Origin: Podarcis liolepis
Lineage: Eukaryota
DNA: 64,000 bases
Assembly: GCA_965112155.1 (NCBI GenBank)
Contig: OZ218098.1
Strand: one strand, 5' to 3'
A program made the translations under genes and the position numbers. Below are positions 1-40,379 of the stretch, piece by piece. The notes below the pieces were generated by a model. That model saw nothing but the letters and a program-made list of their open reading frames with translations, ran no database searches and was not told the origin of the DNA. Each line of letters opens with the position of its first letter. Position 1 is the stretch's first letter.

Positions 1-110
1 GATCATGGGGTACCTTACACCTAGATAGTTGGATAAGAAAAACATTTGCAATTGCATGTTTTACTGCATGGAATTTATCTGGTCCATGGGAGGCTGTAGC
101 AGAAAATTAA

Positions 111-27873
<27,763 letters not shown>

Positions 27874-29155
27874 AGAGCCCCACCTCTTCCATCTATATGG
27901 ACATGTGTAGGGAGCAGACTGGCTGGACCAGTAACCCCGCTGTGAAGTCCTACTGAACTGAACTCATCAGAGGATCAAACCGTGATGTTGCTTACATGTT
28001 GCTGTTCTCTAACTGTGCCAACACTGACAAGACATGGACAGGAGAACATTTAGGGGCTCTGCGTGTTTTTAAGGAAACTCTGGAACTTACATTATGTTTA
28101 CAGTCCTCTGTGTGAAACCGCTGCAAAGCTGATGGGTAGTTTGAATTGTTGTATCCTACAGCTCTGGTGGGTTCTTTGAAGTGACTTAAAAGGTTCTTTA
28201 AAGTGGTTTATGAGACCTGTTTTCTTTGATGTTCTTCCAAAGTGGTCCACACGAAACTTGAATTGTTGCCATTGTTGTTCTCTCCCTACCTCTCATGTAA
28301 CAAAACAAATATGGAACAGCCCAGCCCTTCAGTGGGTTTTGTGTGCTGACATTAGGATATATACCTGGACTTTGACTCTATCACTGATTTTAGCTTTGGT
28401 TGTTGCATTCTTCCATCCCACCCCCTGCAAGACAAAGTTCTCCGACATATTCAGAATTCTGTATTGTGCAGATATTGAGCAAACTGCAAAGCAGTCAGAA
28501 AACTTCCTGTAGCATGCAAATCTGTATTGTCTGAACGGCTATAAATGATAGATTTGAATGGCTATATAACATTTGATTTGTCCAGTATCACCAAAACTTT
28601 GAGATTATAGCACAGCTAGACCTAGCCAATTCACATATAAAAGGCCAGCTCGTCTTGCACAAAACACCCTCTTATTTACTCCTGAGGAGAAACTGAGAAG
28701 ACTGCACTGTGTCTACAGTGCATCATTTTAATTTTCACATATCTCAGTTTGTTTTCCACCCCCACCCACTTCACTCCATAAAATAAATGATAAAACATTC
28801 TCTCATATCTCCCTGCAAGAAAGAGCTCAGCACTATCAGTAATCAAATCAGTAAAACTAATACTTTATAAAGAGTTTACAGCTCTGATTTCGTGCTGCCA
28901 GAAATAAGCAAGAAGGTGCAATTGTGCGTTTCACTTTATTCCTGCAAGGGAATTGATTTGAAAGCAGCACCTTCCTGAGTGTTAAAATTGCAGGATATAA
29001 AATGAGCATTGGTTTTAGGCCATATTCGTTCGTATAAAAGGAAGAACATTTTTGGGAGTCGGAGGAATGTTGCTGATATTGATAGCACTTGCCATTTTCT
29101 TTCCAGTGTCTTTCCTGGTCCTCGTATTTATTTATAAATTTGCATTATACTTAAA

Positions 29156-29179
29156 AATAAACTTAATAAAATAAATAAA
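29156..29179 (+). terminator. Cluster of AATAAA hexamers, candidate DEAF1 polyadenylation signal (alternative AATAAA at 28782)
   Basis: aataaacttaataaaataaataaa contains four AATAAA about 1.3 kb after the stop, preceded by AU-rich tatttatttata. Confidence 0.5.
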
Positions 29180-32100
29180 GAGTGGCTGCGCACAATCAGA
29201 TGCTCCCCAAATAGGGTCGTGCTGACTTTTGCTTCAGTGCAGCATTGGAAAGCATAATGTTACTCTGGCATTGCAAAGACATTCACGAGTGCTTTGCAAA
29301 TGCATTCTATATATAGACTTTCAATTGCACTTTGGTGTAATTTTAGGGAGGAAGGTTGTTCTTGATCATGCCAAATAACTCTGTTGCCAAGTTTCCAGTC
29401 CTGGCTGCAAAGCTTTGAAAACTTCTAAGCAATGAAACAGCCCATCAGAAAGTCTTAAATAACAACCAAATAGTGCATTTTTCTTTCATCCAGGGAAACA
29501 GAGCTTTAAAAATCATGTCTCTGTGGTAAAGGAATTTTTCTTGCACCTTTTGCAGGTTAAATGTAATGAGCAGTATTCTCCTCAGTAGACAGTGTAAAGT
29601 AAGAGGAACTTGTGTCATCACCATTTTGGTCCTTATGCTGAGAGTAATATAGTTCATAATCAGAATGTGGGGAAGTTATACATCTTTGTGTACTTGACGC
29701 ACATCCCACACAAAAGGAATGCTTCAATGTCACCTTGTCCATTTTGTGTTGACGACTCTTAGGGATATATATGGCAATAACGTTACCTTGGTCTCCATTT
29801 CAGTGGGGTCTTTTGCAAGAAATGTTGGCTTGTGTCCAGTGCAGTTTCATGATTAGCAGTCAATGTGAGCAAGCAGTATGTCTCTGGTGTGAGAGGAGGA
29901 GGTAGAAACTAGGAAATGCCCTTAATTTGGCTAAGGTAGGAGCTTTTTTTCAAACTAGAATGTGAGCTCATGGGTGAATGGGAAAGATATCTGCAAATGC
30001 TTTTAACCGGTGTCATCACTTTGTGGTGAATCTTGAGGCTAAACTGGGCTTGTGATCCCAAATCACGAGGCAAAGGGCAAGATGGCATCTGCCCAGTTAT
30101 AAAATCAAACAGGACTAGCAGTTGAAACTTACTTGAACATGGACAGTGGGGCAGCATCCTCTATCACACCTGGGACAGCAGGTTGTCAAATGTTTGATGG
30201 TGGGGAAAGAGGGAATGGAAGAGAAGAGAGTAGCAAGGGAGGAACGTGTGCCAACACATTTCCTTGGATTCAGATGAGGAAACATGGGAGAGTTAAGCAA
30301 GTGCTTCATGGCAAAACCAGGATTTGGAGGTTGAAAGAATGGAGAGTCCTGATATTTCCTACCTCTTTGGGGTTGTCTTGGTTATCATCTCCCTTCTGAA
30401 TGGAAAGGCCACCAGTGCTATCTGCCGGTTTGTGCCACCCTGACCTTTATCTGATGAAGATAAGAGCTGACTCGACTCTTAATGGGCTGCAAAAGGAGAT
30501 GGTCTTGGAAAAAGGAGCTGCTTCTTTTTCAGTCCCTTTCACATTCCTCATGTCTTCTGCTAGACTTTGGCCTTTTGTCAGAGGAGCAGTGCAATTCAGC
30601 AGGGAAACAAGACCTTTGCAAGGAGTAACTGGGTTCAATAGCATCAGGGTGACTGGGAAAACTGAGCTCAGCAGGGTTGCTTTGCAATGGTGCAAACCTA
30701 AGGGTCAGATTTAGAGCACAGATGAAACAAAAATATGTCCCAATACCAGGTGTATGCCTACATCTCCCAACCTCTTCCATGGGGGCAGGTGCCTCTCTTC
30801 TCCCTCACAACCACTCCTAGCTGGGTATGGCAAAGGATCTAGATGGGCAGTTCAAGTTAGACACATGGAAGCTTTTTTTAAAAAAAGAGAGTGAGTTGAG
30901 TTGTTCTCTGCAAGAATCTTATTGTGCTGTCAGTTCTGCTAGAAGATCTGATGTGGGAGCAATGAGCTTTGAGGCATTTCAGTGTTCTACCTCCAACAAT
31001 GCACAACCAATATATTGGTAAATAAATGCAAATACTTCAAAATGGCAGTTAGCCTTCAGTAACCTCATTCCAATGGAAGCCAAGCCCAGGGAAGTGCTAG
31101 AACCTCTTAAACATTTTGCCGCCAAGAGAAGTGTAGCATGCAGAACAATATACTCCATGGCAGTTCAATCTTCCTTCCTTTCATGGTCAAGCATTTTAAG
31201 GCACCTCTGGCTACTGACTTCCTTCTTACTTTCCTCTCCCCTCCTCTTTTCCCCAAGGCCCAACTTTTTCTTATCAGACCAGTTTAGCGGACAAAATGTC
31301 AGGAAGCGCCATGTAGCTTTGCCTAATCGCAACTCAGCGGTGCACAGCCTGTTCAAGAGGCTAAGCCTGCTCGGGAACACACTTTGTGACTCTTCAAGAT
31401 GTCTACCCTGCTGCTGCTGTCCTGCTGTGTAGTTCCTTGCTTACACTATCATGCTAGTTGCCATTAGTTGTACAAAAAGGCAAGGCATGGGAGGGAGCTG
31501 CAGAATTATATGAGGCATGAATGTTGGCCATTAACAGAGGCAAATATTACCCAGCTTGTGTGCTGCTAGTTCTGCAGACTCTCCTCAACAGGACTCAACG
31601 GAAGCAAATAAACTTACGATTGCTGTTACCACCACCCAGTCTTGGGCTATGTAGACATTCATGTCTTAAAATGCAGCGAGACTCCTCTATTTCTCAAGTT
31701 GCATTTGCAAGTCAGTGTGCACACCAGAGAGGAGGCAGGGATGTCTTTACCTGAAGTCCCCTGGAACTCCTATTCATGAAGCTGTCATCTGCACATGTGC
31801 AATGGCTGTCTCAAAGGGTTTAGCCGTCAAGTGAATGTGGCTTCCATTTTCAAATTGGATGGAAGCTGGTTTAAGGGGAAATGCACTGAATTGCTGGCAA
31901 TTTGGATACAACTCAGCTTGCAGAAGAGAAGTTTGCATGGGGTTAAGATAGCATAAAGGACCTCCACATTCCCATACCATCCCTGATCCTTTAACCTATC
32001 ACCTTATTTATCTCCTTGCAGAGTGATACATCTTACGTTTCATTCTGTTTACAGCTTCCTCCTCCTCACACTTCCACTCCTGGACCTCAATATTAGAAGT

Positions 32101-33196
32101 AATCTTTAACTAACTATGGCTACCTTGTTCAGCTCTACACTAGTTTGACCAGAACTGGAAACTTTTCTATCCAAGATATGTATCTCCTACAATAAACCAC
32201 TTTATTATTTTCTTACCAATGAGCATCTCTCTGTGTGTGATTGCAGCAGGTAAAGTGTACATTCTAATCAAGATTCCCCAGATGAACATTGCTCACTCTG
32301 CACACTAAAGGGTAACTGGACCCTGTCACCCCAATACAAACATTAGTAGTTCTCAAGAAACTACAGGATAGATGTGGATTGTGGCTAATGTGTACACCAG
32401 GGGTGGGAACATGCTACAGCCATAGCAGACAGTCTTAATTTCTCAGTATGGCACTCAGTTTGAAGCTATTCAGGATAAATGTTGAGAAACTGGAACAGAT
32501 ATAACCAAAATAATGTGCCAATTATTTGCCTGTAGTTTTTCCTTACATTTCTCCTTCTCCCCTTTAAATGCAGTCGTGGAAGCTGCAACAGGAGACCAAC
32601 AGCTAGAGAAGGAAAGAAGGAAGTCTTACTGCCTCTTCCTGTATTTTTCTGCTAATAATCTATCCCTCTGCAGTGCTGCTTTTCACCCTATATATTTTTC
32701 TCCGTGGAGGGAAAATAGGAAGAGCAGTTTTAAGCTCCCACCTCCCAACACCAAAAAGAAAGCAAAAAAAAAAAAGGGGGGGGGGAGGCTGGGTTAAGAA
32801 GCTCTACACCCACTTACCAGTCTTCCACTCCAGTCTCCACAGCTACTTTTTGTAATTTCCAGCAGGGAACTGACTTCAATGTTAATTAGAAATCCACGTC
32901 AAATTGTCTTTTGATTCTATCCCATTGGTACCATTGTGACACCTAAGCAATTCAGGAATCATCTCCAAAAGAATTCCCAAGGTAGAAGTCTTCATGGCTA
33001 CAGGATTCTGTGCACATCTTTACATGATTCGTGAACTGCCTTGGGACAACAGTCCTTGGTTAAATTTCACTTGGCTGGCACATTCAAAGTTTAAAATTAG
33101 AACAGCAAATGTATTACAAAATAGCGAGTTGATTTAATCATCTGCCTCTTAATTAATATCATTAGATGAAAATAACTGAATATATTACCTGGAGCT

Positions 33197-33199
<3 letters not shown>

Positions 33200-33239
<40 letters not shown>
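33200..33239 (+). repeat. (GT)n microsatellite
   Basis: Direct reading. Confidence 0.95.
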
Positions 33240-33246
<7 letters not shown>

Positions 33247-34789
33247 CGCACTGGTGCTATTTAGGGAGGAGAGAGAAATTCAGTTCAGTTGCCTTTGAAG
33301 ATTAATCTGCTGAATTCAGACTTTTTGAAACAATAGAACATAGCCATCTTTTGAAGTTTACATTCTTCCTATTTTGCAATGCTGGTCACCAGCCAAGTAA
33401 TATGTACAGAAATACAAGTAGTGGAGTATCATGTGCATTAAAAAACCTAGTGGGGGGAAAAAACTTACAAACTGCATTATTTTAGGGGGAAATGCTCTTC
33501 AAAATGTATATGTTAGGCAAAATGGCATACAAATGTGTAAGTATGAGAAATTCACACTAAAATTATGATGACTTTTCATGAAGACTTAAAAAAACCCACA
33601 AACTGATGTGAACTTGAATGGGAAACTAAGAGAAACCAGAATTGACAGATTCAGCCATCCCAAGCATAATTCCAGCCAAACTGTAACTCCTATGTACGTA
33701 TATTATCTGGAGATATTAGTTCCTGGGTGTACAAGAAATCCCTGCCAGGCTCTGTTTAAATAACCCCTGCTGTGCATGCAAGGAAGGTAATGAAGCGTAA
33801 GATTGGCCCAGCCTGAAAATTGGCTTGCTTCCCTTCTTTATTACCCTTTTGGACAGTCATGAATCAGCAGGAGGTCTCTTACAAGTGGATTGCAAGAGCT
33901 TATTGGGAAATAGAAACAATAATTTTGAAATATTCAGCAGGAAGCAGTACATGCCTGGGTTTATATGGAGTTAGTTCAGCAAAGCATGTCTTATAAACTG
34001 TGTGTGTGCGCATGAGATTTTTATCTTTAATCAGGCAGACATCCTGTTTGTGTTTTCATTTTGTCTGGAGCATCATTATATAAACTGGATGGGTTGACAT
34101 AAATTGTAGGGATAGGGATTCCAGGGATGAATGGAGTTTGTTGTGTGGATTTGGGCCTTAGGAGAGCAGGGCAAACTCTAGAAGGGCTTTTTCCTATATA
34201 CTTTCAGTTTCTCAGCTCAGGTCAAAATTCTCTGCTCTTGGTATATGGAGACCTTTATTTCTATATGGGAAAAAAAATTAAAACTATTTTTAAAAATATT
34301 ATTTATTGATTCATCTGTTGAGTTCCTTTTTTTGCCCAGATTTTTCACATAATTTGTCTGTCATCATCAGGAAAAGCTTTAAAGATGCTAAGAAAAGTTT
34401 CCCTGTAGGCTTTCATGATGAACTGGAATTCCTTGCACTGGGTGGGCTGAGAATAGGGCTGGCTCCTCGCTCAGTTGTTTTGATTCTTTGGTCCCAGCCT
34501 ATTAACTTCCCAAATGGGATGATAGATGCGATGGAAAGATGTCAAGAGGCAGAAATTAGAAGGAACTTTAAATTCTCCTAAAAACCAAGCTAATGGAATA
34601 TTGCAAGGGGGGGGGGGGCTTTATTAAGTATGCTCTGCAGGTGGCTTTCACAATGCTGGGTTTTCAGTATAGTGAAAATATTGTGCATTTTAAAAAGAAA
34701 AATCAACTTTGTAGAGCTACCTGCACAGCGTACTTCATACTAGATGTCATCAGAGGGGTGCATCTGTCCAAGAAGCTGCTCCTCTGACA

Positions 34790-34945
34790 ACCTCTGTGTT
34801 GCAATGGGCCAGTGCATCTGGCTGTTAACCAGAAGACTGGTGATTCAAGCCCACCTAGGGATAGCTGTGGGCAGGATTCCTGCATTGCAGGGGGTTGACT
34901 AGATGACCCTCAGGGTCCCTTTCAACTCTACAGTTCTATGGTTCT
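34790..34945 (+). mobile_element. tRNA-Asn(GTT)-headed SINE with CR1 3' tail
   Basis: CTCTGTGTTGCAATGGGCCAGTGCATCTGGCTGTTAACCAGAAGACTGGTGATTCAAGCCCACCTAGGGA resembles vertebrate tRNA-Asn, followed by GATTCCTGCATTGCAGGGGGTTGACTAGATGACCCT...CTACAGTTCTATG. Confidence 0.8.
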
Positions 34946-35051
34946 TTAAGAGAAGGCATTCAATCATTTCCCTGGTCCATCTCAGGTTCTGTTCACCCAC
35001 CAATTTTTTTTTGTCTTGCCTAGAATCATTCTGATGAGATACCCAGGCAAA

Positions 35052-35252
35052 GGGAAGGGAAGTGGGTGGCCCATAGCTCAGTGGCAGAGAACATCTTTAG
35101 CAGGTAAAAGATCCCAGCTTCAATCCCTGATGTCCCCAGGTGGATTTGGGAAAGTCTCCTGCCTGAATCCCTGGAAAGCCACTGCCAATCAGGGCCAACA
35201 ATAGATGGACCGATGAGCTGACTCAGTATAAGGCAACTTCCTGCATTCCTAT
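35052..35252 (+). mobile_element. Squam3-like tRNA-derived SINE
   Basis: ATAGCTCAGTGGCAGAG (A box)...CTTCAATCCCTG (B-box-like)...CCTGGAAAGCCACTGCCA...GATGGACC...CTCAGTATAAGGCAACTTCC; family name recalled, not searched. Confidence 0.7.
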
Positions 35253-35530
35253 GAACGAATTGCTCTCCAGCTACCCTGCTCCAAGGATCATTAGCAATTA
35301 AGTGTCATGTCTGCTCCATTCCCATAACATGTTCCACAGACTTGCCTCGTGGAGATCAGTACGGGCAAAATAAGCAAAGCATATTGAACTGCAATCTCTG
35401 CTTTTACTGCTGACTGCTGGCCTTCAGTGGCCACAATTTATGCAGAAGTGTACATAAACCCATATCATGCTTATCTGGACTCCACTGAACTAGGTCTTTT
35501 AATCACTGTATGCAGGTCAAACATATAGTA

Positions 35531-36156
35531 CAGTGCTACCTTGGTTCTCAAACTTAATCCGTTCCAGAAGTCCGTTCCAAAACCAAAGCATTCCAAAACC
35601 AAGGCGTGCTTTCCCATAGAAAGTAATGCAAAACGAATTAATCTGTTCCAGACTTTTAAAAACAACAACCCTAAAACAGCAATTTTACTATCTAACGAGA
35701 CCATTGATCCATAAAATGAAAGCAATAATCAATTGTACTATAAAATAAATAAGACAGTATTGTAGATGATAAAAATGATTTTTCCCCCCTCTTCCCTGCA
35801 CTAATGATAGTCATTGTGTGGATGGGGGGCTTTTATCCATTTTTGCAGTCAATCAATCAGTAGCTGAACTGGGTTCCACACAGTCACAAAAACAAATTAA
35901 CCGGAAAAGCCTCAAAAACAAAAACACAAAATAAATAGCAAAAACAAAAGCGCCAAACTTAATCCATTCTGGAAGTCTGTTTGACTTCTGAAATGTTTGA
36001 AAACCAACACACAGCTTCTGATAGGTGCAGGTGCCCCAGAAACAATAGCTGACAGCCGCATTGGATGTTCAGCTTCCAAAAATCGTTCGAAAAACAGAAC
36101 ACTTCTGGGTTTTTGGAGTTTGAAAACCAAGGTGTTTGAGAACCAAGGTACCACTG
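35531..36156. mobile_element. Tc1/mariner (pogo/Tigger-like) non-autonomous element, 626 bp
   Basis: TA TSD; TIRs cagtgctaccttggttctcaaac / gtttgagaaccaaggtaccactg. Confidence 0.88.
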
Positions 36157-36984
36157 TACATACATGACACACATTTTCCTGCCACGTGTATTTCCCATGC
36201 TCAGAGCCTGGTGAAAATTGTGCTATGCTTCTGATCAAAGGGTGTGGAACTGGCCAATGTTGTAGGCTACAGTAGTGGAGGAGATAGATTGCTATAGATA
36301 TAGTGGCTATGTTTGTTTTCTTCCCCCTTTGCTCAATTCCATAGCCCTTGCGAAAGGCCCCAGGCAGAGATAAACATCTATGGGTGACTGTCAGTTATAT
36401 GGTAGTTATGTTTTAAAATTCTTTTATTTTAATGATATAAAATAATAAGCGTTAGAAACTAGGAAAGGTTTTACAGCACCACCAGAAGGTGCTTGAATTC
36501 TTTTCTAGGGGAAAATGGTACCATAAATTGGGTTGGGGGGCAACCACTGCAAATATTTCTTAGCAGATGCTGGAACTTGGCATGTAGATAGATGCACACT
36601 TGAAGGTGGTACACAGGGGTGATGACACGTTTGTTTTAGGCCACATCAGCAGTCTCACCAAAAGTAGTAGCCCCTCTATCAGCCTTCCCCAACCTGGTGC
36701 CCTCCAGATGTTTGCATTACAGCTGCCAGCAGCTTTAGCCAGCATGATGGGAGTTGCATGATGGGAGTTTCTCTTCAAAACTTCTGGAGAGCACAAAACT
36801 GGAGGAAGGCGGCTCCATCTGACAATAAATGAGTTATTTGAAAAGATCATTTGTGCCGTGGATAAATGCCTATGTCCATAATTGTTGTGCATTCAAAAGA
36901 AGAACTGCATTGTTGTAGCATCTGTCTTCACCCAACCGGAGGAAAAAAGACTGAAGCACACAGTAATGTAGCAAGAAATAAAAC

Positions 36985-36990
36985 TTTAAT
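36985..36990 (-). terminator. Candidate DRD4 polyadenylation signal (ATTAAA)
   Basis: tttaat on + reads ATTAAA on -, about 100 nt after the stop. A further AATAAA lies on - at 36423-36428. Confidence 0.3.
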
Positions 36991-37089
36991 AAACTATACA
37001 AAGAAGTTAAATTTGTCTGGTTCTTTGCCTTGTGTAGTACACTCTGTTCTATATTCAGAATCCAGTTCTATGTTTAGAATCCAGCAGTG

Positions 37090-37292
37090 TTAGCAGAAGA
37101 TGTGCAAAACTTTGCGGAAGTAGTTCCTAAATTCAGTGTTGAAGACGGTGTAGATGATGGGGTTGAGGGCACTGTTGACGTAGCCCAGCCATGTCACAAT
37201 GCTGGTTACCTCGCTGGGGATGGTGCAGGAGTGACACAAGGCTCTGGTTATGTGGACCACAAAGAAAGGAGTCCAGCAGAAAAGGAACACAC
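37090..37292 (-). CDS. DRD4: DRD4 exon 4 coding part (203 bp): TM6-TM7 and C-terminus ...FRKVLHIFC*
   Basis: Minus-strand ctgtctgccacAG acceptor; TAA stop; ORF 37090..37323. Confidence 0.96.
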
Positions 37293-38511
37293 CTGTGGCA
37301 GACAGAGAGACAAGGACAAACAAACTTAAGTTCTGATGGCTGCAGGCTCCCCACGAAGCCAGAGGTCAGGTAACTTAAATCTTCAAATCTCTGTGCCTCC
37401 GTTTCTCTGATGCAGAAGAGTTTCATTCAAGAATAACATCGAGTAGCAACTTGGAAAAGTGGAATGGATTCCACAATGCGAGGCGAAGTGTCATTAGTAA
37501 GCTCATGACCCCCAGTGCTATTTCTTTATAACTCCTGAATCAGGAGAGGCAGGGAAGCCCTGGCTCAGTGTCTGGACCCAACACTGGGCTGGATGAGAGT
37601 GAAAAAGCTGAGCCTGAACCCTGACAAGAAGGAGGTGTCTGTGGGTGAGTACAAGGCTGCCAACAGGTGGATATAAAGGGCTGGATTTGGTGGAGAGGGG
37701 AGCAGACCAGCAGAGGCCTCAGACTCTTCGCTTTATTTAATTTTTTAAAGCAAGTCAATCAGGCAAAAATGAAGACAGCTCTAATGCTTCAGCACGCAAA
37801 GGAAATAATGTTGACCCTTCCCAACTGGGAAGCTGATTGGAGGGAGATACTGAGGTGTTTTGTTTTTGTTTTGTTGTTACAATATTGAAAGAATACAATT
37901 TATTTTGTTTAAATTGGTACCACCTCAGCACTCAAATCCATACCTAAATAAGTGCCGAAGAGGCCCCCACACAAGCAGAGCCATTTCTAACTCCCTGCCT
38001 AAGGGAACTCTTCTCACCCCATGTGTGAGATTATTAGAGAATCCTCTGGTGTCTGGTTCAATTATTGCCCTGGGTGTGTAAAACAACAAATCTTTGTTGT
38101 GCATGTGTCTTTCCCACATGCTCAGTGTCATATTCAAACTGAGCCATTGTGCCTGTGCAAACCATAGTTAATTACTTAACTGAGGCAGGAATGGGAAACC
38201 CGAGCCATCCAGACGTGGCTGGGATTCCATGTCTCACATTAACCCCAGCCAGCATGGCAAATGGTGAGGAATAGTGGAACTTTTAGACCAACAACAATTT
38301 GAGGGCCACAGGTATCCCATACATGGGTTAAGGCATTTGTATACTGCCCTTCTTAATATTTAGCCCAGTAAGAGTACATTGGCTTGTACATTTTGGGAGG
38401 CAATTCCCTGAACACCAGCATAGGAATCTTATAAGCAAACAGAGGATATGTGGCCAGGAGGATGCAGTGCTGGTGAACATCAGCATTACAACCAAATTGG
38501 GCTTTGGACAT

Positions 38512-38560
<49 letters not shown>

Positions 38561-40334
38561 GCATAACAATAAATCTTCATTTAATACAAGCCAAGATCTT
38601 TATGCTGAAGCCAGTACACGATGGGGGGAGGGGAGAGATGGGGGAGATGTGGTTGGACCCAATAGTTGTCCCCGGCTTCATAAACCATTCTTTATAATTA
38701 CAGATAGGTAGCCGTGTTGGTCTGCCATAGTCAAAATAAAAAAATTCCTTCCAGTAGCACCTTAAAGACCAACTAAGTTAGTTCTTGGTATGAGCTTTCG
38801 TGTGCATGCACACTTCTTCAGATACACATTCTTTATAAAACACTGTATGGACAATGAAGGTGCACAGGGGAACGGTGACCAGATTACCATTTTCAACTTG
38901 GAGCAGAGCTCCTATGCTTTTACAGGAGGGAGATGTAGTTTCAACCTGCCCAAATCACTCTTGGGAGACTTGCTGATGCTGTACACTGCAGGGCTTCGTG
39001 GGAGAGGCATCGTGACAGGTCGTAAAGGCTTCACCCAACCCCTGTGTTTAGCTTGAGAGCTCTTCAGCAGACAGGTACTCTTTACTACTCAACAGGAGGG
39101 AAGCCGGTTATAATTTTTACAAATGCCTCAGAAAGCCTGCAAGTTTAGTCTACAATTAGCAGAAAAGCCTCCAAAGAGGCAAATTGCTGGTGGAGGAGAG
39201 GAAGCCCTTAAGCACTGAAGAGAAAGAAAAAGATTTCACAGCTGCAAGGGTCCATTATGTGACCATTTAGTTCGACCTGAATAAAGCTGGTCACAGAAAA
39301 AACACATAGCCAGTTCTGGTACTGAAGGCGGGCTTCTGGCACAGCTTCTCACATAATTTCAAAAGGTTTTTTGACAATAATGGGTTCTATCACCACTGCC
39401 CCACTCCAACCTCTTGGCCCACCATTCTGCTGAATTTTCTCCTGAGATTGCTGAAATATGCTATTGGATTTCTCATTAAACACCTCCATTAAAATGAAAT
39501 TTCCATTAAAACTTTCCTAATATAGCATTGTTGCTTGCCACCCCAATCTCTGAGCAGTGCAAGATTCCAGGGGTTCCAAGTGCTTACCCAGGGTTCGTCT
39601 TTCTTTGGAATGAGGCACAGCAGAGACTGTGGTATCTTTAGAATAGATGGTTTATTTACACATATAAACAACCTGAGCCTACGATGGAGGGAGGTCACAG
39701 CATTAACACCCCAAAGGGGCCTTGCTTCTCCCAGAACCACAGCCTTTGATTGCAGCAGAGGTCAGCCATGGCTCTCTGACCCTTTCACTGAGATGCAGAG
39801 GCTGTTTAGGAGAAGCTCCAGAGCTCAGTGGTAGAGCACATGTATTGCATGCAAAAGGTTTCGGGTTCAATTCCTTGGATCTCTAGGTACGGCTTGGGAA
39901 GACTCATGCCTGAAATCTGGAAGAGCCCCTGCCAGTCAGATGGACCTGTGGTCTTATTCAAAGTTTTGGTGCTGACCTTTAAAGCCCTAAACGGCCTCGG
40001 TCCAGTATACCTGAAGGAGTGTCTCCACCCCCATCGTTCTGCCTGGACGCTGAGATCCAGCGCTGAGGGCCATCTGGTGGTTCCCTCATTGCGAAAAGCA
40101 AAGCTACAGGGAACCAGGCAGAGGGCCTTCTCAGTAGTGGCGCCCGTCCTGTGGAACGCCCTCCCATCAGATGTCAAAGAGATAAACAACTACCTGACAT
40201 TCAGAAAACATCTTAAGGCAGCCCTGTTCAGGGAAGTTTTTAATATGTAACACTGTACTGTTTTTAACACTTGATTGGGAGCCGCCCAGAGTGACTGGGG
40301 AAACTCAGCCAGATGGGCGGGGTATAAATAATAA

Positions 40335-40379
<45 letters not shown>

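Noticed and set aside
31217-31432. Alternative DEAF1 terminal exon after a strong polypyrimidine tract
   Set aside because: Lies beyond the stop and polyA cluster; no homology or other support visible.
39828-40250. 140-aa ORF
   Set aside because: Chimera of a SINE and the L2 ORF2 C-terminus; not a host gene.
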